Below, piece by piece: positions 1 to 9,345 of a stretch of 64,000 bases of DNA. A model generated the notes under the pieces. It saw nothing but the letters and a program-made list of their open reading frames with translations. It ran no database searches and had not been told where the DNA came from. The stretch's first letter is position 1. Each line of letters begins with the position of its first letter. A program made the position numbers and the translations under genes. The stretch comes from Podarcis pityusensis (taxonomy: Eukaryota). The stretch lies in assembly GCA_964106645.2 (NCBI GenBank), contig OZ067045.1, one strand, 5' to 3'.

Positions 1-1944
1 GCAAATGACAGGCTGCATTTGCTGCTGCTCAGTTTCTCTGCCAATGGCAAGAACATGGATGCAAGGAGGTGGTTCTCCACAGCAAGGGAAATCAACTGAA
101 GCCACAGGTTCACCCATGGCAAAGTCCAACAATCCTTTGACCCTCTGGCTTTCTGCAGGGTCATGACCTGCCAACAGTTCTGCCCCATACTCCTCTATCT
201 GACTAACTAAGGATGAGAGTGATTGTTGGGATACAGCATCTTTTTCAAGTGGAGGACTGGAAGACGTCACCTTTTCAGAGTCACCAGAAGTTTCCCGTTC
301 AGAGTAGCACTCTGAAAGGGTAGCTTCTGCTGTACTTACTGCTTGAGAACCACATGTGGCATCAAAGTCCTCCAGATCTGAGACCACAGCAGAGTCTGCC
401 ATGCTGACTTCAAGGTGAGTCAAGGGCTGGGAGGCTCCCGCCAAGTCCTTCTGCATGTCCAGCCCTTCTGAACACTGATTAGCATCCTGCACCTCCAGAT
501 CACCTGGAGCCACTCCATCCCCTCCTTCTTCGAGCATGCAAAGCTTTTCTAGTTCAAGGAACATCTGCACAGAATCCGTGTCAGAGAACTGCTCTGGGGC
601 AAGAGAGCTGGCACAGGCTTCTAGGCCAGAAGCAAATTCCTCCTCTTCCACTTCGGCTGCTACAGCTTCAGCATTGCAGGCACCAGCCTCCTCCTCCTCC
701 TCAAGAGTAGCGTTTAAGTCTTGGTGCGTTTCCTGGGGAACGGGAGCAGAGTTGACAGCTCGCAGCTGTGAGTCATCCCACAGCTCTTGCCAGTGAGATG
801 GATGGTTAGAGGTCTCTTGGACACCAGCAAAACTCTCTACAGCTTCCGTAACTGTCACGGCTGGAACACTTAATTGTTCCTTTTCTTCAGAAATATCTGT
901 CAAGTAACAACTTCTTTTCTCAGCAGCCTTCCCTGACAGCAAGCCTTCCTCCCACTCCTCCCCAGCCTCCATCATGATCAATCGCTCATCCTCCTCAAAC
1001 CTCAGCTCGGACTCAGTCTTTTCCCGGAGGTTGGGGGCGATGAGAATGCTCATTCCTGGGTCCAGGAGCTCTTCACTCAGGCAAGGAGACAGTGGCACCG
1101 TTTCTATGACACAGTCTGTGTTGTCTGCCTCCAAGGTGTCATGATGCCCACTGCCAAGGCCTGCTCTGATGGCATTTTTCATCACCCTTGGCCACGTGGC
1201 GCTCGAGAGCCTGTGGTCCCGCCGCCTGCCGCCGGTCTGGTCAACTACCATGTCCTCTGGCCCCAGAAGAGGCTGGCACTCATCCTGAGACAACTCACAG
1301 AAGGCTTCACTTAGCTGCTTCACTTCCTGAATTTCTGGAACTCCAGACAGTTTGGGAATGTGCTCCAGGGTCAACGGCTCTGACATGCATTCCCCCTGGT
1401 CGGACTTCCTAGGGCTCTCTGCCAACATGGCAGTGGACTCCTGCTTCTCTTGCAAGGATGGGTTAGAAACTCCAGCTTCTGAGACTTCACTCAAGGAGGC
1501 CTCAATTCTCTCAGCAAACTCAGGGAAATTGGGTGGCATAAAGGACTTCCATGACCGCCTGTTGACATTCTCCTTCTTCTCTGGATTTGGCCGCCGCCTT
1601 GGGGGTGCCGGTGCTGACTTGGAAACATCACTACTAAGTTTCAAGGCATCAAAAATGACCCTCTCGTCTAACTTTTTGCTCTCTGGTGCCTTTGATTCAA
1701 AGACACTGGGTGCCCCTAAAGTTCCATTGCTAGAGATTGTGCTGCCATCCCCTTTTTCAAGAGTACTCTTGGAAGGCTGGCTAGTCTTGGACCCCTGATC
1801 AATTTGCTCATTTATCCTCATGGTGTCGTAGATGGACCTCTGAGGGACGTAACAGTCTTCTATATACCCATCCTCATCCTCTCCTTTCCCCAAGCAAGCA
1901 GGACTCTGCCTTAAACAGTCAGGCCTGCTGAGTGGCTTGCCCAT
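1..1944 (-). CDS. KIAA0754: KIAA0754-type large alternative first coding exon of MACF1 (ORF open to the window edge, at least 648 codons)
   Basis: ATG at 1944-1942 in strong Kozak context (aaaagtATGg). It translates MGKPLSRPDCLRQSPACLGKGEDEDGYIEDCYVPQRSIYDTMRINEQIDQGSK...KKLDERVIFDALKL...NRRSWKSFMPPNFPEFAERIEASLSE...FSDTDSVQMFLELEK, matching recalled human KIAA0754. I checked frame 1944->1 and found no stop codon. Confidence 0.93.
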   Translation of the reverse strand, partial: MGKPLSRPDCLRQSPACLGKGEDEDGYIEDCYVPQRSIYDTMRINEQIDQGSKTSQPSKSTLEKGDGSTISSNGTLGAPSVFESKAPESKKLDERVIFDALKLSSDVSKSAPAPPRRRPNPEKKENVNRRSWKSFMPPNFPEFAERIEASLSEVSEAGVSNPSLQEKQESTAMLAESPRKSDQGECMSEPLTLEHIPKLSGVPEIQEVKQLSEAFCELSQDECQPLLGPEDMVVDQTGGRRRDHRLSSATWPRVMKNAIRAGLGSGHHDTLEADNTDCVIETVPLSPCLSEELLDPGMSILIAPNLREKTESELRFEEDERLIMMEAGEEWEEGLLSGKAAEKRSCYLTDISEEKEQLSVPAVTVTEAVESFAGVQETSNHPSHWQELWDDSQLRAVNSAPVPQETHQDLNATLEEEEEAGACNAEAVAAEVEEEEFASGLEACASSLAPEQFSDTDSVQMFLELEKLCMLEEGGDGVAPGDLEVQDANQCSEGLDMQKDLAGASQPLTHLEVSMADSAVVSDLEDFDATCGSQAVSTAEATLSECYSERETSGDSEKVTSSSPPLEKDAVSQQSLSSLVSQIEEYGAELLAGHDPAESQRVKGLLDFAMGEPVASVDFPCCGEPPPCIHVLAIGRETEQQQMQPVIC

Positions 1945-2229
1945 ACTTTTCAAAACAATAAAAGAAAACAGAACAGAATAGAATGGGGGGGGGGGACCCC
2001 CGCAGAGAAGAGTCCCACAACGACAAAAAAAACCCTCCCCTGCCTCACAAGCTCTCCATTCAAAGCAAAATGAAATAGATTATGGTGGAGCAAGGTGTCT
2101 TTTGAAAATCCCTAATAACCACTTGGGAGGCCACAATTTTGTATTCCACAGAAGTTACAGAGCTTTCCAGAGAGAAGTCATCTTCCACCGTGGAAGTCCT
2201 TGAAAGAGGCAAGACATTCCATGGCTCCT

Positions 2230-4010
2230 GCGGAAACGCTAGCAGTCCAAGGCCAACACATAAAGCCGTTTCTGCCGATCGCTATTTGCAAGCCCTCCGC
2301 CTCCTCCGGTTGCTCGGTAGGGCTGCTCTCCTTAAGGCAAGTCTTCCAGCCCGCTCCGACAAAGCCTCTTCCAGAGGGCGCCCCGGTCGGAAGCTCAGCA
2401 GCGGCGGCGGCGAGGAAAAGGCCAGCTCTCGGGAAGGCGGCCGCAGAGCGCGCTCTCCTGGCGGAACAAAGGCCCGGCCTCCCGCGCGCCTCCATGCCCG
2501 GGCAGAACTGCGCTTTGCAGAGGCTGCTTCGTCGGCCCCTCGGCGCGGCGCGGCTGGCTCGGACTGCGCCCGGCGGCGGAGATCCCTCGCGGTCCCAGCG
2601 CAGGAAGTTCTTCATGCCGGGCGACGTCGGGCGCCTCCAGTCTGCCCAGCATCCTCGGCCGGCGGGCGGGATAGCTGGTTCAGCACCGCTAGCAAAGGCC
2701 CCGGAAGGTAGGCGGGCAGCTCTCCCCGTGCAGTCTGGGAATCTCGTGGCGAAGTCCGCTCGGCGTTCCTCCCTCGCTCAAGGGCGGCGGCAGCCGGCGG
2801 ACAGAAGCAGAGGCGCCTCCGCAGGGGACGGGCTGGGACAGCCGGCTGCCGGTGTCCTCGCCGGGCGGCTCTCGGCTCCTACCATGCTCGGGCCGCGCAG
2901 ACGGAGCTCTCCCCGCTTGCTTGCTCGCTCTCCAGGAGGGAAGTTTAGTTGGAGCCTTTTGTGCGTCGCGGCGGCGGCGGCAAGAGCGGGGCCCGCCTCC
3001 CCCGGCAGCCGTCCCCGCCGAGCCGAGCCGTGGGCTGCATGTCAAGCGAGCAGCAGGAGCCGGAGCCGCCGCCGCCGCCCCCTCTTCTGTGCTCCCTAAC
3101 GGGGCTGCAGCTGTCACGGCCCTTCTCAGCGCACAAACTTCTTGCCGGGGGAACAAAAGGCTGCGCGGCGAGGCTCGCTCGGATGGAGGGATGCAGAGCG
3201 CGCGACGGCTGGCTGGCTGGCAGGCCGCTCCTCTTGCTCGCCCTTGGAGGACGGCCGGCGGGGCGAGACCAAGCAGCAGTCCGCCCCCCGCCCGGGAAGC
3301 CCAACTCCGGCAGGAGAGCTCCGGCCCTCAGCGCCAACGGCTGCGAGATTCCGGCTGGGCCACCGAGCTGCCAACTCCGAGGGGAGGGGACGCGCCGAGT
3401 GGCGGGGAGGGAGAGAGGGGAGGGAGGAAGGAGGCGGGGACCAGCAGGCGAGGCGAGGCGGAGCGGGGAGGAGGTAGGATGGGGGCGGCCTTAGTGAGCC
3501 CCGGGCGGGCTCGGCGAAGCCAACGGCCACGGGCGGATCGAGGCGCGGAAATCCAGCCCCGCCAGTCAAGACCCGGCCGCTCAGCAGCGGGAAACGCGGC
3601 TGGGCGCTGAGCCTGGTCCGCGGGGGAGAAAAGGAATCTTGCTGGTTCAAGGGGAGAAACAACCCCTCCCCCGCCTTGTCTGGGTCTCCCCCTCCTCCTC
3701 TGCCCCCTTCGCCTGGGGCGGAGGTCGCAGCGCAAATCCCTTGACAAAGAGCAGCGGCGCCCTGCTTCCCTCCAGCGCGCCCCTCCGCTGACTCCGGTTC
3801 GCGGAGGCCAAGACTTTTTGGGGGGCGGGGGCGGGGAGAGACGCCTTGCGATCAGCAACCGCCCGCACGACTGCCAGCGAATCTCTCTCCACCCTCTCTC
3901 CGGCAAACAACCGTCCCCCAAACCAGAGAAATATAAGGTTCTGCCTCGAGTAGCACACTGGAGCCGCAAAGATGGTAGAGACGTTTCGTTGGAGCGTGAG
4001 AACGCGCCGT
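2230..4010. promoter_or_regulatory. CpG island / internal promoter and 5' leader of the KIAA0754-type exon
   Basis: Abrupt GC- and CpG-rich block in otherwise CpG-poor DNA. Contains GGGGCGG GC boxes (~3482, ~3715, ~3822) and lies directly upstream of the ATG at 1944 on the minus strand. Confidence 0.88.
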
Positions 4011-4893
4011 TTGAACATGTGCAGAGTGCAGAGCAAACAATCTTCTCAAAGCTGCAATTTTCACTAGGGGGCGGAAATGATAGTACCTCACCACTGTCTT
4101 CCTCCTAGGCATACAAAACCACTATTCTAAATTGCTGACGTTGGGTTTTTCCAGGAGAGGGCAGGGGAAATAACTTGCAGATGAGCTTATTAATATGATG
4201 GAGCAGGGGAGGTACCTGTGCAGAGTAAATCCCTCTTCCTTAGCTCTTATTTGCTATCCAACAATTGGCTAAGGAGTTGCAGGTCATTTAAATCTCCTGC
4301 AACCTTACAGCTTTGACAACACTGTGTATGAAAGCATCCTCACTTCCATTTTTTTTAAAGCACAGGTGTGCATGTGTGAGAAAACAGCAGGACAGGGTCA
4401 AGATGTGTCTTTATGTGGAAATATCTGCACAAAGGTATGCTAGGATATTTCAAATGGGGCTAAAGTTTCATAGTTGGATTTCAAAGGCGTTTGCCTGACA
4501 TTTCCCTTGCAACACACCATTTTAGGAGGGCCATAGCGAAGACCCAACATAACCTGCTTCTAACTACATGATAGGATTAAGCCCTGTGAAACAAAGAATA
4601 AAAGAGTTCCTCTTTTGGGGGCCTTCCTCACACATATGACACCCACAACCAGCCCTCATGGTACTGTACACTTCCAAAGAAAAGCATGTGAAGAGTGAGC
4701 CTCAGTTAGTAAGGTGTAAAGCCTCACATGAAAAGCTGTGATTCTTCTCTATGCCTCCTTTAAATTTTCAGGGCAATATGAATGGAGACAGGTAAGTGGG
4801 GTCAGATGGAGAGGAAATACAGCAAGCTTCCCACTTTAGCTGTGGCTAGGGTGGGGTTGCATTAATGAATCACAGCACATTTTGGTCGTGCTG

Positions 4894-4894
<1 letters not shown>

Positions 4895-4929
<35 letters not shown>
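4895..4929. repeat. (CA)n microsatellite
   Basis: Uninterrupted CA run. Confidence 0.95.
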
Positions 4930-4930
<1 letters not shown>

Positions 4931-7620
4931 AAAGGTGGGGTGAAATGTAGGCAGCATCACCCCAAGGAGTGAAAAGAGCAGCCCTGCAGTGACATGCAGT
5001 GGCTCATCCAGAGGCTCAGTTTGGGCCATGGATCTTCACAGCGTACTTGTTTTTACTGCAAGAGCCCCTGGCTGGAGCACTTCTGACCATGTGCAAACAC
5101 TTTTTAACAAGTCACTCCCTGCCAATCTGGCTTCCCTGCAACATGACTATTTGCAGAAACAAAGCACCAAGAGCAAGCAAAGGTGAAGGTTTCTAGCTCT
5201 AGCAACACTGCAGGCGCTGGCAGGAGAAACATTGCACAGGCTTTTGCCTCAATGAGGCCCTGAATCCTTAATGCTCAATAGTCCCAACTCCTTGTAGTCA
5301 TACAGTTTTCAAGCTTTTCTACATTGAACTTTGCCCACCTTGTCATGTAGGAGGGCATCATTCTCAGCTCATACCAGGTGTCCTGGGCTTCTCCTTGGAA
5401 ACCAAAAGCACAGCCTGCAATACTCTGTGGCTGGTGAAGGGAGTTGCTGGTAGTCTTGGGGCAAACACTCTTTCAAGGAAGATTGTCTACCTTGATTTGA
5501 GGAACCCACAGTGAACACTTGACAAAGCACAGATTTCCTCATTATACGATCTGGAAATCATGGCCAAAGAGCAAAAAGCAGTTGCCTCATCTGCAACAGC
5601 ACGTTCACGCATCTTCTCCCCACAAAACCTGCAAGGTTGTGATTAAAAGCAGCAGCTGAACCCGGATTGTATGGGTGGGGGTAGAAGTGGGCGAGTGCAA
5701 TTCACTTTCCATGTAAAGATAGCTCACACTCCTACCCAAGAAATTACCCTCCTAGGAGCTTCCTCCCACAATCAACCGAAGCAGTCCAGGCCACAGGTAT
5801 AGCTGCACAGAGCAGGTGCACAATCCAGCGAGGCAATTCTGGGGGAGGAGCAATTCTTGTCAATCAAATCAAACTTTAAATATGATTTCCTCCCCCAAGG
5901 TGAGGGAGAAAACTTGGCAAACAGTTAAGGGATGGGCCAAGTAAAGTTGATCCAGATTATCTGCTTGGATTCTGGTGCCACAGAGCATTCATCTCATTAA
6001 CCAACATTTCATTGCATCATTTATACCAAACAGGAAATTTCACCACCAAAAAGCCCTATAGCAATGGCTGCATACAGGGTTAGAGAGATTGCCCAGCCTC
6101 CTCTCTTCCCAGAGCCCCACCAGCCAATATACTGTTTTGTGTGCACACAGAGACCCCTTTCCTGGCCTTTCCCTTGCTTGGCTCAAGAGCGCAGTAGACA
6201 GCCAGACATTACAGTCACAGAAGAACGTCTAGGCTAGCTGTAATAATTGGATGCAGCTGCAACAATAATCTGGCCAGTAGTTTCACCAAAGCAGGCCCTT
6301 CATGTGCCACCGCCGCCTTCGCTGTTCAAACTGCCTTCAATTGCGCAGGGCAAGTTTTTCTCTTTTAACGGCTCTCCCAGCTTCCTGCAGGAAGAATCTG
6401 AGGAATTCCATGTGAGGTTTCCCCCCTCACTTATAAAAGGACGATGTGTTGAGTTTGCAGCCAGGAATTCTTTGGCTATTTCCTCATCAGGTCACATGCC
6501 AACAAAAGGAGTGCCAATATACATTCATTCCCCTCCTCCTTGGAAGAGGGAATGTGGGCCTATCCCCTTCCCCACTAAAATCAAATATGCACATAAAGAT
6601 AATGACATCGAAATTGGTCTGTCCTTCATCACATGAACTGACTCTCTTGAAGCTGAAATATTTGCTTTGAACTGGCATTACTTCAAGCCTGCTTGACGGT
6701 CTTGGAAAAATTCCAAGTAGCAAAAACTCACACAAGATGCCCACGTATAAGAATGGTAACATTTCTTCCACTCCACCCACTTCCTTGAAATGGTCTCTAA
6801 AATTTCAGCGCTGGCAACTAAGAATCTGAAATATCTCTTCCCCTGCCCCCAACTGATTCTTTAAGATAGGGGTAGGGAACCTGGAGTCTAAATACTGCAG
6901 ACCTCACTTTCTGGTCCTTGGGAGACTCCACAGGCCACACCTTTCACTGGCCCTGCCTAAAACCACTATCCTAGAGCAGTTGTGCCTGGCTTAAATGTGT
7001 CTTCGAACTTGGATAATGCCTCTTCCTTGCCTGGAGAGAGAACAGGGAGGGGGGGGTGTAGGAACTAATGCCTCCCTGCTCCTATATATATTTTTCAAAA
7101 ACCTGGAGGGACATTTTACCTGGTGGGGGGGGGGGAATCCTTTTGGGTTCATAACAAGAGGGCACTCCTTTAAATGAATAATGGCTACTTCCTTATGACT
7201 GTCTTCAGCACTTTGAGTGTTCTGGGGTCCTTCCAATAAGATGCTCTGAGCACCCAGAAAATTGGCCCAGGTGTAGGAGATGGGCGGAGTACAAGATTTC
7301 TGAGGGATCCATGGGGACCATGGTTCCTTTTGCATTTCTTGCAGTGTGATGTAGAAAGACCAGCCAAGCAGCCAGCTGTGGCACTGAACTATATTTACCT
7401 GATGATGGAACTTCCAGACTCTGTATCCCCTAGCGACAATTTAGAAGGAAGGGCATGAGAGAGAGGGAGAACAAGCCAAAGGCACGTCTGCTAATTTCAG
7501 TTTATTTGTGGGATTACAGTATGCCTGGTGAGCAAAGAATCCCAAGGCAAATTCAAGCAAACTCCCAAGCCCACATGCACAGCAAAGGTTTGTTAGCTCA
7601 AGAGGCTCATCCTTTCGAGT

Positions 7621-7745
7621 AGCCCCAACCTGACACCTTCCAGATGTTTTGGACTACAATTCCACCAGCATGGCCATGTGATGCTGGGGCTGCTGGAAGT
7701 GGTAGTCCAAAATGCCTGGAGGACAATAACTTGGGGGGGGGGGCA
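7621..7745. mobile_element. Palindromic ~130-bp MITE (hAT-like)
   Basis: ccaacctgacaccttccagatgttttggactacaattcc ... ggaagtggtagtccaaaatgcctggagg; inverted arms, same family as the 17180 and 39812 copies. Confidence 0.7.
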
Positions 7746-8097
7746 CTTTTAAGCCAAAGTTGGTTTCCTTCTGTAGCCAGCAGCTTTTCACAAAGCATTT
7801 CTTTAAAAGGAGGAGCTGGGACTTTGCCCACTGTTGCACCTGGGTCCCCGCCTTGTTAAACTGATTGCAGGGTTTGCTGTAGTAGCTCAACAGTGGATGG
7901 AAAGCAGTCTACATGCTCAGAAGTACAGTGTTAATCCACATGTTTGGGGAATGTGGCTTGTAGCCACAGAGCTACAAGCAGATTCCAGGACTGTGCTCTG
8001 GTGAGCCACTGAGCAAATTAATCCTACAAACTGATCTTAAGTAGGGCTGTCGAGCAATTAATGAATGGCAGTTGATAACACACAAGGCAGGTGGTAT

Positions 8098-8200
8098 GAG
8101 GCCGCTTCCTATGTTCCTGACTCAGACCCTTGGACCCATCTATCACAGTACTGTCTACACTGACTGGCAGGGACTCTCCAGGGTTTCAGGCAGGAGATCC
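8098..8200 (-). mobile_element. Fragment of a tRNA-derived SINE with CR1-like tail
   Basis: ctcagacccttggacccatctatcacagtactgtctacactgactggcagggactctccagggtttcaggc; also seen at 35316-35440 and, in reverse, at 45566-45732. Confidence 0.6.
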
Positions 8201-9009
8201 CAAAGTCTAAAATATTTGTACTGTATTGAGACAGCAGCAGTGGCATTTTAAAGCACACTATTAACAGGAAAAGACCACCTTCAATGTTTTCTTTTTGTCA
8301 TTTTTTTATGGCAGTGGCACACTGTACTCAAAATAGCCTCAGAAAATAGGTAAGTGGTTTTTTTTAACTCTGCTAATTAAAATCTGTTCCCATGGATTCA
8401 TCAGCAAAAGATTTAGTTGATTGATCTACTGATTAAATCAATTAAAGCTTGAAGCTCAAGTCTTAAACTATGGGTTGTGTTTCACAAACAAGGCATAAGA
8501 AGACTGTTGATGGTTAAACAGCACCAAGGATTACAGCAAAACTCCCTATTTTTCCTTCAGAAGGCAGAGCACCTCCATATATGGGGCTTGCTGGGCATGC
8601 AAAAGTATACAACACAGCCTGTATTTTGCTTATAGGCCTTGCCTCGTGCACCCCCCTCCACACTGCCCATTTGTAGACTTCAGCACCCTCCTTACCCCTA
8701 TCTGCTAAACAACTGCACAACAGCTCCTCCAGGCAACAACACAAACTGCTTGCACGGGCAAGCCACATCAGGAGGCTATTTGGATGGGTATTTTTAGGTC
8801 CCTCGTAATGCAACTTAGCAGCTGGAAGTAAGCAGCAAAGCAAAGCACTTTCCTCAAGACTTAATTTCTAAAATGTGAGGGGCCCAGACCCAATATTGGC
8901 CTAGAAGGCATTCTTCACTATTCCACCTTGGTGTGTGAGCGGCTTGAGGCTGCTCAGTGGTGAGAATTCACTCAGCACGTGCCCAGTAACATGTTCACTT
9001 CTTTAGAAT

Positions 9010-9345
9010 GAAAGAACGTAAGAACAGCCTACTGGATCAGGCTCACCTAGTCCAGCATAGGTGGACATCCTTTTCTCATAGTGGCCAACCAGATTCCTGT
9101 GAGAAACCCTCAAGCACAGCTCATGCACAATGGAAGCATTGCTGCTTCCAACTGTGGAGGTAGAGCATAGGCATCGTGGCTAGTAGCCAATGATAGCCCT
9201 CCCCTCCATGAATTAGTCTAATCTTCTTTCAAAGTCATCCACGTTGGTGGCCATCACTGCCTCCGGGGGGAGCGAGTTCCATAATTTGACTATATGCTGC
9301 ATGAAGTACTTTCTTTGATCTGTCCTGAATCTTCCAGCATTAATT
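9010..9345 (-). mobile_element. CR1 LINE 3' fragment
   Basis: aagaacgtaagaacagcctactggatcagg...gtggccaaccagat...ctgtcctgaatcttccagca resembles the reverse complement of an amniote CR1 3' end. A further piece lies at ~9500-9600. Confidence 0.7.

Noticed and set aside
536-1798. Plus-strand ORFs at 536, 1188 and 1352
   Set aside because: Antisense shadows of the minus-strand KIAA0754-type ORF.
2139-4112. Many overlapping 100-300 aa ORFs on both strands, e.g. 2200..3099 + (299 aa)
   Set aside because: Expected stop-codon depletion in a GC-rich CpG island; Ala/Arg/Pro/Gly-rich products, mostly non-ATG starts and no recognisable domain.
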